Origin: Candidatus Marinacidobacterales bacterium
GTDB lineage: Bacteria; Acidobacteriota; Vicinamibacteria; Marinacidobacterales; DATDRI01
DNA length: 64,000 nt
Direction of reading: 5' to 3'
Assembly (NCBI GenBank): GCA_965226495.1
Contig: OZ245365.1
Coordinates: 6,208,001-6,272,000, forward strand
This document shows positions 42,481 through 54,076 of this stretch, piece by piece (within the stretch, counting starts at the first letter, position 1; each line of letters begins with the position of its first letter). Under the pieces are notes generated by a model that was given only the letters and a program-made list of their open reading frames with translations, was not told the DNA's origin and did no database searches. Made by a program: the position numbers and the translations under genes.

Positions 42481-42590
42481 ATCCCGTTCCACTACGCGGC
42501 TCCTGGCTCGCATCGTTTCCACGGTGAAGAACCGGGCACGGGCACGCACGCGGTCACGGGCAACGTGACACCTGGGCGCAGAAATCAGCG

Positions 42591-43151
42591 TTACTTGCAG
42601 AACTGGTTCGCGGGGGTGACACGGTCCCACGTCAGTCCCGCGGCACGCACTCTCCTGACTCGTGTCGTGTAGCAACCTCGAGGCGCCCTCCCAATCCGCA
42701 CCGTGACTCGACCGTCCTCTCCGGTAAACCCTTTGCGCCGCCACGTGCGGCTTTTCCTTCGAATCACCACGATGACTTTGGCGCCGCTCACGGGAAGGCC
42801 CGCCGCGTCCACCACGCTCACGGTGATGTGCAACGGATTTCGGCGTCGACCAAGGTCCTCCGGCGTGTAAATAATCGAGGCCACACGAACATCATCCGGC
42901 AGTGCGGGGCTCGTGACCGTGAGCAGAATGGCATCGGACGCGGTCTCTCCCTGGGCGTCGACGACCAAGGCCTGAATCGTGTGTACCCCTTCGCTCAGCA
43001 TCGTGGAAATGTTTCCGCCGACTCCGAGCGGACCATCGAGATCGGACGACCACTCGAGAGCGGAGCTCAGATCGCCGTCTTCGGGATCCAGGCCCGAGCC
43101 GGCCAGTGCGATGAGCGTGTCGGAATCGAACCGTGAGTTTCCGGCCGGAGC
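42591..43151 (-). pseudogene. C-terminal Ig/PKD-like fragment of a secreted protein, truncated by IS5
   Basis: DPEDGDLS..LEWSSDLDG.LG.G, LSEGVHTI. Confidence 0.65.
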
Positions 43152-44236
43152 GGCGTTGTTGCACCGCTCTGGCTGAGAGCGAAATCCGCCTATGGTGGTG
43201 GCCGAGGTATGTTCGAGCATGAAGTATCCCAAGCGCTGCCAGTACAAGCACGCGAAGCAGAAGAAGTACCACGTTCGCAACTGGGCGGAATACAACGAAG
43301 GGCTGCGCCGCCGGGGCGATTTGACAGTCTGGTTTGACGAGGAGGCAATCGCGAACTGGAAAGCCGACAAGACCGGTAAGCCTGGCGGTCAACGGGTCTA
43401 TTCAGACATGGCGATTGAAACGGGCCTGGTTGTCCGGATGGTGTACAAGCTCGCCTACCGACAAACCGAAGGCTTCTTGCACTCGATCGCCTCGCTTCTC
43501 GGGCTCGGTATCGAGATCCCGGACTACTCGACGTTGTGTCGGCGCTCGAGGTTGCTCCGCAAGAAGCTGCGGATTCCGAAAGCCGCGAGCACTCAACCCA
43601 TCCACCTGATGATCGATAGCACGGGCTTGAGGATTCATGTTGGAAACGCTCGCAAACCGCCAAAGCAGCGCGCATGGCGCAAGTTGCACATCGCCGTTGA
43701 TCGCGAGACAGGGAACATTGTTGCGTCCGAACTGACGGCGTCACGAGCTCGCGACGCAACCCGAGTCCCCGCTTTGCTAACACAGATTCAAGCACCTCTA
43801 GCGTCGGTGGCGGCGGACAGTGCATACGACAAGGAAGCGGTCTACGAAGCCATCGAAGCGCACAGTCCTGGACGAAGGACGCGCGTGGTGATTCCGCCGC
43901 AACGAAACGCGACGCTCAGTCAGAATTCGAACACCGCCATGCAGGAGCGCGATCGCCATATTCGTGCAATCGAAAGACACGGCCGACGTGAATGGTACAA
44001 GCTCTCAGGCTACACCAAGCGAAGCATGGTGGAGAACGCGGTCTATCGTTACAAGGCGATCATCGGGCCGGAGATGCGGGCTCGAACGTTGGCGAGGCAA
44101 CGAGTTGAACACCGAATTGGGTGCGAGATACTCAACAAGATGGCTGCGCTCGGGATGCCCGATACGTACTGCGCCGGGTGACTCTGCAACCGGCACAGGG
44201 AGGTCAGCGATTTGCTCCGGGCCGTGCAACAACGCC
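43152..44236 (+). mobile_element. IS5-family element copy B
   Basis: 1085 bp; differs from copy A at only a few positions. Confidence 0.92.
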
Positions 44237-44353
44237 GGTGGAAGCCGCGAAGCTTCTACACGAGCGGTAGGCTGCAGCAATATTTGAGAAACTCGGAGAA
44301 CGTGGAAGTTCTAACCCTCGATTCGTTCATCGCAAGAGCAAGGAGACGATCTG

Positions 44354-44611
44354 ATGGCAGATGACACGACACAACGCGCTGCGCATAAATTCTTCGCGGA
44401 ACGATTGCACACGCTGGAGCCGTTCACAAAGGAGGACGTGCTCAACGCCACGGGCTGGACGCTTGACACGCTCAATACTTATTGGTCGAAGCAGTTTCGG
44501 GGCTTCATCGAAGATCTCGGCAGCGGCACTTATCGAGTCCGGGAGCGGTTCAGACAGTTTCTGAATTGGCGGAAGTTTCTAGCGCTCGTGACCCAGGTCA
44601 AGACTCTTCCC
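44354..44611 (+). pseudogene. Hypothetical protein truncated by an A end
   Basis: AGGAG RBS; ORF runs into TGTGCC at 44612. Confidence 0.45.
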
Positions 44612-45320
44612 TGTGCCTTCTATTTATTCATCCGCGCGCACCGAACTTGATTAGTTTCTCCAGTCTGCCGGCATCATGCCTGCATGATTTCATCGTTTGT
44701 TCGCGCTCTCATCTCTGCCTTCAAGGCTCGTCCCGAGCTAGCTCTCGAGAGTGTCGCTCTTCGCCGTCTGGAGATTCAGGGTTTAGTCCGGCATCTGCTG
44801 GTAGCCGCTTCCGGCTCCCTTCGCTTTTTCAGACACGACGGGCTCTGGAATGACCCGGTATAGTGTGGGCGGCTCTCAGCCAGTGGTCTCGGTGAGTTTC
44901 CGGCTTGGGCGAGGACCTGTGATCCGCAAAAAAGAAAACCGGCTAGAAGCAGCCGACCATGGCAGGCCTAAACCACGCAATCAACATTGGATAGACTTTT
45001 TGCGGAGCACAGGTCGCTCTCGTCCGATCCATCCGTGCTGGAAGGCGGTCAAGACGACGAGCGGCTTCACACGACGGCTGCCTCAAGCAACTGTATCCTT
45101 TCCTCTTGCTGGTAGTCGATCACATCCTGCTGCTGGCGGTTGACCCAGCCAGCTAGAACGAGCAGTAGGAATTGCACGTGGTACGTCATCATGGATCTGA
45201 AGATAACACCCTCGGGCCAGACGATTGTAAAGCCTACGGCCCTTGGCCCCGGCGCAAACACAGACACTAAGCTGCTGATTTATGGCCTATTTCAAAAGGG
45301 CCGAGTTTTGGCACAGGACG
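44612..45320 (+). mobile_element. A-B element enclosing an E MITE (44918-45011) and an inverted rve fragment
   Basis: A end at 44612, B end at 45320; LAGWVNRQQQDVIDY on the minus strand. Confidence 0.7.
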
Positions 45321-45820
45321 GGGACGCGAGGAACGGTCGACATCACCCGCACGAGAAAGTAGATCGACCACACGTACCCCGCGGCGAAAGGGATGTCCTT
45401 GGGATTGTTGAAACCGTGCCCCCAAAAACGTGGGGTGAGCAAGAGCAGGAGCGTGGCGAGAAACGCCGTGCGCGCCGTGCCGATCTCACGGGCGAGAAAC
45501 CAGCAACCGAGCGCGCCGGCGAGAGCTACGAGCGCGTTGAGAAGATGGCGGGAGTCGTAGACGTCGAGGGGCAGGAGCCGTTTCCCTACCGCACACAGCA
45601 GATCGAAAGCCGCGCCGTAGTAGTAGAGATCGAGGTAGCGGAACGCCTCCCGATCACGAAAGCCGGACGCGAAGTACTCGTAGACGCCGTCCCCGTACCG
45701 CACGTGGGACGCTTCATCCCACGTCACACCGTAGTCGGTGAACGTGAGCGACACGACGGCCAGTGCGATCCCGAACAAGACCACGGACCACCGACCGTAG
45801 GAGCTCGAGCGTGAGCTCAA
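45321..45820 (-). pseudogene. GT-C (ArnT/PMT-like) glycosyltransferase N-terminal fragment
   Basis: DYGVTWDE, PRFWGHGFNNPKD; cut by a B end. Confidence 0.7.
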
Positions 45821-46350
45821 GACGCGACGGCTTCGACCGTGACCTCGAACCCCGCGTCCGAAAGATCGCTTTCGGAAACCTGGAAACGTTCGGCCGAAAT
45901 GCCACGCGTCGCGAGACCGTCGAGGACGGCTTTGGCGCGCTCCCCTGGCGGTGCCGGGACTTCGAGCGGGCCACGGTGGCCTCGGATCTCGGCGGGAACG
46001 TCCGGATGGGCTTCGAGCCAGTTGGCGATGGAATCGAGCACGCGCTCCGCATCGTCGTCGATGGAAGCCTCGCCCCGCCCGAAGACGACCGTCGCGCTCG
46101 GTCGTAGGACGTCGTCGAAAGACATGCTCGTCGGCGGAGCCTCGTCCACAATTTCGAGCGAGTAGTTCCCGTCCGTAGCCCAGACCTGGCACCAGGTGTC
46201 TCCACAGCCGTCGTTGTCTTGACGGTAGACGACCACCATTTGCTGATCCTCTCCACCGTGCCGCTCGGTCGTCAGTTTGGATTGAGGCACGGGCGCGATT
46301 CTGGGACACGCCTCCAACGAGAGGGCCGGCAGGACGGCCGCGACGCTCAT
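45817..46350 (-). CDS. OmpA-like domain protein, possibly internally deleted
   Basis: VFGRGEASI...EIRGH...ERAKAV..L..RGI. Confidence 0.6.
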   Translation of the reverse strand: MSVAAVLPALSLEACPRIAPVPQSKLTTERHGGEDQQMVVVYRQDNDGCGDTWCQVWATDGNYSLEIVDEAPPTSMSFDDVLRPSATVVFGRGEASIDDDAERVLDSIANWLEAHPDVPAEIRGHRGPLEVPAPPGERAKAVLDGLATRGISAERFQVSESDLSDAGFEVTVEAVAS

Positions 46351-46411
46351 GACGACATCCTACCTCACCTTGTCATCGGCCGGGGTTATCTATACCATCG
46401 GCGTCACTTCC

Positions 46412-48019
46412 GTGAAGCGCGTCTCGTTCGGCCTTGCGATCGTCTTGCTCCTCGCCGCGACGCTTCGGCTCTGGGGGCTCGACTACGGCCTACCGCACCC
46501 ACTCTCCCGCCCAGACGAAGAGCGCATCGTCGGCCGCGCTCAGACGATCTTTGCGACCGGAGACTGGCACCCCGGAAGCTTTTTCTATCCGAGTCTTCTC
46601 TTTTATCTGGATACCGCGGCACTCGGGGCCTACTACGGTGTGCAGAAAGCACGGGGACGCTACGCGCGGCCTTTCGACTTCCTGTACGATATCGCCGTCA
46701 CACGCCCGGGCTTGCACTACCTCATCGGCAGGTGGGTTGGCGCCATCGCCGGTACCCTGACCGTGCTCGTCGTTTTCTTTCTCGGGACGGCGGTCTCTCG
46801 AAGCCGGGCCGTGGGCCTCGTCGCCGCTCTCCTTCTCGCGGTGTGCCACCTGCACGTCCGCGAATCCCACTTCGCCACCGTCGATGTCGTGATGACACTC
46901 TTCGTCACCGTCTCGCTCCTCTTCGCCGTCCATGCGAGCTCGCGACCGACGACCTTCAACTACGTCCTTGCCGGGCTTTTCGCCGGCCTCGCCGCCTCGA
47001 CGAAGTACAACGCCGGCTTGGTCATCCTTTCTTTGTTGTCCGCGAGCTACTCCGTCTATCGGGCGTCGATGCTCGACAAACGGAACGTCGCCACCCGCCT
47101 CGCCGTCGCGGCGCTCGTTTCCGCCTCCGCCTTCGCCGTCACGTCACCCTACGTCTTGCTCCGCCACGAGGGCTTCCTCGCTAACATGAGCGGACTGAGC
47201 GCATTTCTCTACGAGCGTCACGCGGGGCTCGCGCTCTGGGACCACTTGAAGACGACGCTTCCGGCAGGACTCGGTTGGCCCCTGTTCTTGGCGTCGCTCG
47301 CCGGGCTCGCCCGCGCGCTGTGGCTTCGACGTCCCGCCGACGTCGTCATGCTCGCGTTCGTCGTCCCCTACTTCGTTCTCGTTTCCGGCGTACGCGTCAC
47401 CTTTCCGCGCTACATCGTCCCGATCGTTCCCGCGCTCGTCGTCCTCGCCGGGCTCGCCGTCGATTTCGTCCATGGGACCTCGTCCCGCTATCGCTCCGCC
47501 GTCCTCGCCGCGGCCGCGCTCGTGCTCGCGGTTCCGACGCTCGTGAGCTCCGTCCGTTACGATCGCATCGCTTCGAAAAAAGACACGCGTGTTCTCGCCG
47601 CGGACTGGATCGCGGCGAACGTCACACCCCAGAGCCAGATTCTCGTTTGCCGTGGATACGGAGCCCCGCACGTCAACGAGGATCGAAGAAAGCCCCCCGC
47701 TTTCGTGGTCCGCGAGATCGACTGCAACGTCCCCGCTGCCACGGACGACTACCTCGTCACCCACGAGCACGAGCAGCTCGCGAGCTTCTCGAAAATCTCC
47801 CCGGCGTTGTCCGGCTGGCTCGACGCGAATGCACGGCTCCTCGCAAGCTTCGATCCGTACCGGGAAGGCAGCAAGACCGAGCCCGTCTTCTACCGCGCCG
47901 ACGCGTTCTACATTCCAATCGCCGGATACGACGCCGTGGTACGGGGTGGGCCCATCGTCAAGATCTGGAGCTTTGCGCCGAGCCGAGCGATGACGCCGGC
48001 GGTTCCGAAGAAGGAATAG
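46412..48019 (+). CDS. GT39/ArnT-like membrane glycosyltransferase
   Basis: [28 protein letters not shown]. Confidence 0.85.
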   Translation: MKRVSFGLAIVLLLAATLRLWGLDYGLPHPLSRPDEERIVGRAQTIFATGDWHPGSFFYPSLLFYLDTAALGAYYGVQKARGRYARPFDFLYDIAVTRPGLHYLIGRWVGAIAGTLTVLVVFFLGTAVSRSRAVGLVAALLLAVCHLHVRESHFATVDVVMTLFVTVSLLFAVHASSRPTTFNYVLAGLFAGLAASTKYNAGLVILSLLSASYSVYRASMLDKRNVATRLAVAALVSASAFAVTSPYVLLRHEGFLANMSGLSAFLYERHAGLALWDHLKTTLPAGLGWPLFLASLAGLARALWLRRPADVVMLAFVVPYFVLVSGVRVTFPRYIVPIVPALVVLAGLAVDFVHGTSSRYRSAVLAAAALVLAVPTLVSSVRYDRIASKKDTRVLAADWIAANVTPQSQILVCRGYGAPHVNEDRRKPPAFVVREIDCNVPAATDDYLVTHEHEQLASFSKISPALSGWLDANARLLASFDPYREGSKTEPVFYRADAFYIPIAGYDAVVRGGPIVKIWSFAPSRAMTPAVPKKE

Positions 48020-48263
48020 GTGGTGGTGACGACTTCGTCGCCCGGGCCGATGCCGAGAGCCATGAGACTCATGAGAAGCGCGTCGGTCCCGGACGAAGCA
48101 CCCACGCCAGCCCTCACGCCGCAAAGGCCCGCGCCGCTTCGTTCGATCCGCTCGACCTCCTCACCCAGGATATAGCTTCCGGTATCGAAGCACCGCGCCA
48201 GGACTTCGTCCCGGATCGCCCGTGCCGGGCTCCGAGATCGACGAGAGGGTTCTTCGACGTCAT
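47970..48263 (-). pseudogene. DegT/DnrJ/EryC1/StrS aminotransferase N-terminal fragment
   Basis: [30 protein letters not shown]. Confidence 0.8.
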
Positions 48264-48292
48264 GGGTTCGTTTCCGGCACCATGATATCCGT

Positions 48293-48901
48293 TTGAAAGA
48301 CGCCGGGGCCTGGAATAACACACGCAAGGCACTCGTCGACGTTTTGGGGGACCTCGCGGTCATCCAAAGGTGCCAGATCCATAAACTCCGGAATCTTCGC
48401 TCGTACCTTCCCAAGTCTCGTCACGCCTACGTGCTCCAGACGATGAAGGAAGCCTACAAGTGCAAGAGTGCCGACAAGGCGCGCAAGCGACTTCAGGCAT
48501 TGGTGTCGTAGCTCGAGCGAAACGGCTACGACGAAGCTGCCGGAAGCCTTCGTGAAGGGATGGAAGAGACACTCACGGTCGTGAAGCTCGCGCTGCCCGC
48601 CTTACTTCGCCAGTCTCTTGCCACGACGAACGCCATTGAGAATCTCAACGGAACCATTCGCAGAGTATCGAGAAACGTCAAGCGTTGGAAGAGTCCTTCC
48701 ATGGTTCGCCGATGGACCGCTCTTGGCGTCGTCACCGCGCAGAAAGAGTTCCGGCGTATCAAAGGCTATCGCCATATGGGCGCTCTCGTTCACGCGCTTA
48801 GAAGCAAACAGAAATCTCTTGACAGCGATGAGTTTGCTGCCTAAGAGTATTCACAGGTGCCGCCGCTACCCGACCAAATTCAACAGCGGCCGGGACATCC
48901 C
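48293..48901 (+). mobile_element. IS256-family 3' fragment with an internal stop and right TIR
   Basis: [20 protein letters not shown]; GGGACATCCC end. Confidence 0.85.
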
Positions 48902-49024
48902 CGGGAGTAGGGGAGCCACGCGATAACGAAGGCGATCCATTCTCGACCTCGTCCTGTGCCAAAACTCGGCCCTTTTGAAATAGGGGGATGTCCCGCCGGA
49001 TGTTGAATTTGGGGTAGCGGTGGC

Positions 49025-49200
49025 TTGTCCTTCGCACAATTCGAACGCGAGGTCACGGCCGAGCGGATCCGCGATAAGGTCGCTGCCTCCAAGCGCAAGG
49101 GACTATGGATGGGCGGCCGCGTACCGCTAGGCTATGAGAAGGACGAACGCACGCTGCGCATCAACGAGGCTGAGGCCGAAACGGTCCGGACGCTCTATGC
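49025..49200 (+). pseudogene. Duplicate fragment of the serine recombinase
   Basis: Near-identical to about 24458-24633. Confidence 0.88.
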
Positions 49201-49386
49201 CGTCCTGTCCAAAAACACAAACGAACTCAAGACTGGCGCGCCGGGCCGTTTTGATCGCGTCGTGTCCAAAAATACAAACGAACTCAAGACCGGCGCGCCG
49301 GGCCGTCGCCGAGTTTCATCTATCATTATGATGGAGAGCGCAACCATCAAGGGCTTGGCAACGCGTTTGTGTTTTTGGACACGACG
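49201..49386. mobile_element. Tandem C ends and a 129-bp C-family MITE (49258-49386)
   Basis: TIR CGTCGTGTCCAAAAA(T/C)ACAAACG. Confidence 0.8.
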
Positions 49387-49811
49387 GGCGCCCCAGTCCG
49401 TCAGGTCCGCCCGCCGCCGGCTCCAGCGCGCGACCGCATCCGGTGTAAGGACCTCGCTGAACGCTCGCGCGCGCTTTCCACCGGCTTCGACGTAAACACG
49501 GAACTCGACATCTTCGCCCCGCTCGAGTCTCGTCAGGAGTGCCAAGGAAAATTCGAGTATCGTGCCCGACGGAATCTCAACGGGTAGAGCCAGTTTGGAG
49601 CCGACCGGAAAGGTTATCGCTTCGCTGGCCTCGCCCGAAACGGTTACGGACTGAAGGGCGGGTTGATGGTGCGACACCTCGTCGACATCCGCCGTCGCGA
49701 GTTCGACAAGATCGAATAACGAAATCGTGTCGTTCATGGCGCTGTCCGGAAGCCCGGCATCCCATTCCCGCAATAGCCAACCAGAAAATCCAGGAAGCGA
49801 AGTGCCGCATG
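49387..49811 (-). pseudogene. N-terminal fragment of an exported/lipoprotein (sulfatase-type N-terminal beta domain)
   Basis: Signal ending AGMGC; LEFSL...RW..RRADLTDW; frameshifted and truncated. Confidence 0.5.
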
Positions 49812-49947
49812 TAGAAAGTATCTTAGCCCGATTCGGATGAGCTCCGGCGGTCCGGTTACGCGGCTCGCTGCAACGATCGGAAACGCGCGACGCCTATTGT
49901 CTGCGTCTCCGAAAAGGACTCGAATAACATCCGGAAGTATAAATGTT

Positions 49948-51903
49948 CTAGCGTAAGGAGGAAAACTCGACCGGCTCGAGCGAGATCCAGTCGACGGACA
50001 TCACGGTGTTCCTGCCCCGGAAGCCCGGGAGCCTTCTTCGCGGCGTCTCGGGATAGAAGAAGAAGAGCTGATTCACTCCAGGAAGGAGCACGCTTTCCGG
50101 GACCTCGAGACGATAGGTGGACCAGCCGGCGACGAGGTCGAGCTCGCCCAAAGCGTTGCCGTTGATATCGACGCGCGCCGAGACGGGAAAGTCCTCGACC
50201 TCACGTCGGGCGCGAAAGGTGAGCACGTAGTCTTTGGGGTTACGAATCAGAAGCGTAAGCCACGAGCGGCGACCCCGCGACTGCCTGAAACTGATTCGAT
50301 CCTCGAACTCCGGCACGAACCACCCGTCCCCGACGAGAGGATAGAAGCCCTCGGGCTCCTCACCTAGATCCACGAGCCCGCCGAAGGACCGCGATCCATC
50401 ATGGAGCCACACGCCTTTCAAGTTATCGTAGAGAACCACCCAGACGGGCGAAGGCATCCATCGGTGCGCACGAAGCAATCGCCTGTACACCAGTTCTACC
50501 TGGGCTTCGGCGACTTTGTCGAAGGTCAATGCGTCGTTGCGCGTCGCAACCATCATGCTGTTATAGATGTAGGCGAGCTGCGCGTTCCACATCGCCAGAC
50601 CGAGCATGGCCCCCCCGATGAGCCACATCGGTCTTCGCCGCAGGGCCGCAATTATCTCGGCCAGCCCCCAGGCGAAGAGCGGCAGCATTCCCAGCATCCG
50701 TCGTTGTCCGAATGAGTCCGCGCCCCACCAATCCTGGTTGGAGCTGTTGAATAAGACCTGGACCGCAAAGGCGGCCCATATCGCGAGAACGGCGCGTCTT
50801 TGGCTTCGCAGCAGCAACAGCCAGCCCAGGAGCGAGGCCGCGAAAAGCGGCGTCCAGGTCAAGAGTCCATGCCGGGGCGATAACAGAAAATCCACCCACT
50901 GAGGCCCACTCTCCGCGAGCCTCCCGTGCGACTGAACGGTCCCGACAAAACCGATGCCGTAGCGTGCGAACCAGATCGACGCCTGTATCACACCCGCGAC
51001 GGCCGGCCCGGAAAGGAGAGCCCCCAAGCGCCGGGCGATGCCCCGCTCGCGGCTCAGGATCAGGTCGAGAACGGGGATCAGGATGAGCATCCCGTCCTGC
51101 ACACGAACGAGGGCCATCAATCCCGCCCAGATTCCGGTAATGACCCAGGGACGGATCTCCTCGGTCTCGCGGGCTCGCCACCAACTGAGCGCAAAGGCCG
51201 TGACCGTGAAAACGGACACGCCATGCGACATAAAGGGGTTTGCCGTCAAGTAGAAGTAGAAGGGCGTCGCGAACCAGATGCCTGCTGCCGTTACGAACGC
51301 AATCGCACGTCCGTAGAGCCTGCGCGTGCCGAGCTCGATCAGCACGATCGCAAGGACCCCATAGAAGAACGTCGACGAGGTGGCCGCACCTTGGTAGTAG
51401 GGCGAGAAACCGTCGGTCGACATCTCCACACCAAGAACGGATGCGATCACCGCACTGATGTGGGCCACGCCCATCGCTGGGATCCAGAAGAGGGCCACGC
51501 CCACGGGCATTCGGCTCGTGACCTCGCCTCCACTCATGATCGGCGGCGCTCCGAGCCCCGCATAGTCGTTCTCGAAATCGAGATCGAAGTCGAATAAGAG
51601 CGACCTGGCCTGGACGTAGTACTCGATGCCGTCCCCACCGACACGGTCGTGGATGGACGGCACCGACCAAAGCGCTACGAGCAGGAGACAAAGGCGCGGG
51701 CCGTCCAGCCACGCCTTCTTCACGGGAAGGATCGTCACCACGGCCGCGACCAACGCGACAAAGAGACAGTAGAAGCGCAGCACGTCTGCGGACATTCCGG
51801 CCGAGACTGCGACGCGCACCGGCAGCGCGAGTACGGCGAGCACGAGCGTCAATAGTTCGGCTCGGGTCACCAGAAAACTCCCAACGAGCTGGAGGCTCCT
51901 CAT
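49948..51903 (-). CDS. Polytopic membrane GT-C-like glycosyltransferase
   Basis: DGIEYY..ARSL..D.D, HGLLTWTP, WWGADSFGQRR. Confidence 0.7.
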   Translation of the reverse strand: MRSLQLVGSFLVTRAELLTLVLAVLALPVRVAVSAGMSADVLRFYCLFVALVAAVVTILPVKKAWLDGPRLCLLLVALWSVPSIHDRVGGDGIEYYVQARSLLFDFDLDFENDYAGLGAPPIMSGGEVTSRMPVGVALFWIPAMGVAHISAVIASVLGVEMSTDGFSPYYQGAATSSTFFYGVLAIVLIELGTRRLYGRAIAFVTAAGIWFATPFYFYLTANPFMSHGVSVFTVTAFALSWWRARETEEIRPWVITGIWAGLMALVRVQDGMLILIPVLDLILSRERGIARRLGALLSGPAVAGVIQASIWFARYGIGFVGTVQSHGRLAESGPQWVDFLLSPRHGLLTWTPLFAASLLGWLLLLRSQRRAVLAIWAAFAVQVLFNSSNQDWWGADSFGQRRMLGMLPLFAWGLAEIIAALRRRPMWLIGGAMLGLAMWNAQLAYIYNSMMVATRNDALTFDKVAEAQVELVYRRLLRAHRWMPSPVWVVLYDNLKGVWLHDGSRSFGGLVDLGEEPEGFYPLVGDGWFVPEFEDRISFRQSRGRRSWLTLLIRNPKDYVLTFRARREVEDFPVSARVDINGNALGELDLVAGWSTYRLEVPESVLLPGVNQLFFFYPETPRRRLPGFRGRNTVMSVDWISLEPVEFSSLR

Positions 51904-53624
51904 GAGACGATCTCGTACACAACGACCTCGCCATCACGAAAACGCTCCGGGATCCGCTCGCGATACCGCTCCATCGCCGATTCGAGCTGCCGCCGACGCG
52001 GCTCGGGGATCTCCGAGTAGTGGATCACGACGTAGCGCACCGGCGCACGCTCGAGGAGAAAGCGCAAGATTCGGGAGGTTGGGAAGTAACGCAGCCGTCC
52101 GACGAGCTCCCAATAATCGTTCGGCCACCAGCCGCTATAGCCGTTTACCAGTGGCTTGAAGTGGGACGTCGAATAGTACATGTAGCTCGATTCGCGAACG
52201 ATCTCCTCTCCTTCATGAATTGGAAGCACGAGCACCGCGCCGGGAGATTTTGCCGTGGCGAGCCATCGGTGAGCCGCAGGTATCGGGAGCGCCTCCGGTA
52301 CGACGCGATCCAGCGAGCTCGTTTGGTATTCGAACAACAGAAGCGCGACGAGTCCGACGCCCGCGGCGTTGCGAAAGCGACCAGCGTGGTCGAGTAGAGC
52401 CCTTGCGGCGAAGGCGGCAAGCATACTGCCCCCCACGAGCGCCAGGGTCGTGATCCGTGCGGGAACGCGCATGCCGTTGAAGCCGGGGAAGTGGAGTTGG
52501 AATAAACGATACGGCAGTGGAATACGTACCCCTAGAGCTCTTGTTTCCGGACCGAGCGAGAGTACGAATCCGACCAACAGGAGAGCAACGCCAAACTGCC
52601 AGAAAAGACGGCGCTCACGGGCGCCCGCGACCGCACCCGCGGCGGCGAGCAAAACGGCGACGAAGCCAGGAAACAGAGCTTTCCGACCGCGAGGAAGCCA
52701 CCGAATGTGGGGCGCGTCGTTGAATGCGCTCGGTGTCAGGTACTCGGAGGGCGTCGCCGAGTAATGCACCGTATCCTCGTAGCGCCGATAGAAGCCACGA
52801 TCGCGGTTTCGCTCGTACGGAATAAAGAATGGCAAAGCCACGACGCCGACGCAGATGGCTCCGAGAACGAGTTGCATAGCCGTGCTTTTCGTGAGACGCG
52901 CATCCGGCAGCGAGCGAGTTGACTGCGGAGTGGAAGAGGCCCTGGCGGTTTCGAGGCAAAGCAGAACGCCGAATAGAAGCACCGCGATCACCAGGTACAT
53001 TGCGTAGTAGTTGCACGACAGGATCTGGAGCAGCGAGAAAATGACGACTCCTCCGAGCCAGCCCAGTCCGCCTCCCCGCAGAAATCGATAAAGACACCAA
53101 AAGACGAACGGAAACCATTGGTAGGTGAGCAATTGGAGCTGAACTAAGTGCTGAAAGCGATAGGGCGCCGCGAGGAAGATCGTTCCCGCCACCAACGCCG
53201 CCCAGCCGTTCTTGGTCAGCTCACGAGTGAGCAGGAACATCCCGAGGCCCGATAGGACGAAGGAGCCGAAAAAGGCGACGTTGTAGGTGAGGACGAGGTT
53301 GTTCGTTGCCCAAAAGACCGGCCCTACGAGCACGGTGATGCCCATCATATGCTCGGAATAGGCGAGCGTGTCGGGGCGAGGCGCGAAGATATTCGCGTCG
53401 AACAGAGAAAATGGATCGCGCGGCAGGATGTGAAAATTCCAGGCGAGTGCCCACGCGTTGAGGAGCGAATCGGGGCTCGAGCTCAGCCCTGAGCCGAACC
53501 GTGGAGCGAGTGGCCACGTGAGCCACACGGAAACGGCCACGAAGAATCCGACGGCCGCGAGCGCGGATCCTCTTTTGTCACCCTGGGGCGCGGTGCTCGA
53601 CACGGTCTCTATGTTCCAGTTCAT
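51900..53624 (-). CDS. Polytopic membrane protein (YfhO/GT-C-like)
   Basis: FDANIFAP..DTLAYSE, MRVPAR, LVNGYSG; start uncertain. Confidence 0.7.
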   Translation of the reverse strand: MNWNIETVSSTAPQGDKRGSALAAVGFFVAVSVWLTWPLAPRFGSGLSSSPDSLLNAWALAWNFHILPRDPFSLFDANIFAPRPDTLAYSEHMMGITVLVGPVFWATNNLVLTYNVAFFGSFVLSGLGMFLLTRELTKNGWAALVAGTIFLAAPYRFQHLVQLQLLTYQWFPFVFWCLYRFLRGGGLGWLGGVVIFSLLQILSCNYYAMYLVIAVLLFGVLLCLETARASSTPQSTRSLPDARLTKSTAMQLVLGAICVGVVALPFFIPYERNRDRGFYRRYEDTVHYSATPSEYLTPSAFNDAPHIRWLPRGRKALFPGFVAVLLAAAGAVAGARERRLFWQFGVALLLVGFVLSLGPETRALGVRIPLPYRLFQLHFPGFNGMRVPARITTLALVGGSMLAAFAARALLDHAGRFRNAAGVGLVALLLFEYQTSSLDRVVPEALPIPAAHRWLATAKSPGAVLVLPIHEGEEIVRESSYMYYSTSHFKPLVNGYSGWWPNDYWELVGRLRYFPTSRILRFLLERAPVRYVVIHYSEIPEPRRRQLESAMERYRERIPERFRDGEVVVYEIVS

Positions 53625-53896
53625 GGTTCCATTGAGGCGCGATTTCTCGTCACGCGCACGAGCTGACAGAAGATGTTGCAGATCGAGGACCAGACAGGCT
53701 CTCTCGGTGTCGGTCTCGAAGCGGACATTCTGGTCGTCGAGTGCAATCTCTTCGAGCATATCCGCACCATCCAGGACCGCGCATGATCATCAGTAACGGC
53801 GAGATCGTGCGGAAGCGTTTCTGAGCTCAATTGCGGCGCCGGGGGATCGCCACTCTCAGCGGGGCACCTTCTCCCGTTTCGGGGTCCAGCGCTTCC

Positions 53897-54012
53897 CGTC
53901 CTGTGCCAAAACTCGGCCCTTTTGAAATAGGCCATAAATCAGCAACTTAGCACACTGGCAAAAATTATTTCCCATTCTTGGATGGACGCAATGTGTAGTT
54001 CCACTTCGGCAG
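53897..54012 (-). mobile_element. B end abutting an ISAzo13 3' end fragment
   Basis: 53951-54012 resembles 57951-58012. Confidence 0.75.
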
Positions 54013-54076
54013 CGAAGTGGGTCGTTGGATGTGTCCCGAGGTTCGTGGAAAAAGAACGGCACCCTCCACTCCGTCA

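Noticed and set aside
45287-46309. ORFs ending VLCQNSALLK or starting MAQDG as a novel protein family
   Set aside because: These peptides are translations of the B element end fused to neighbouring DNA
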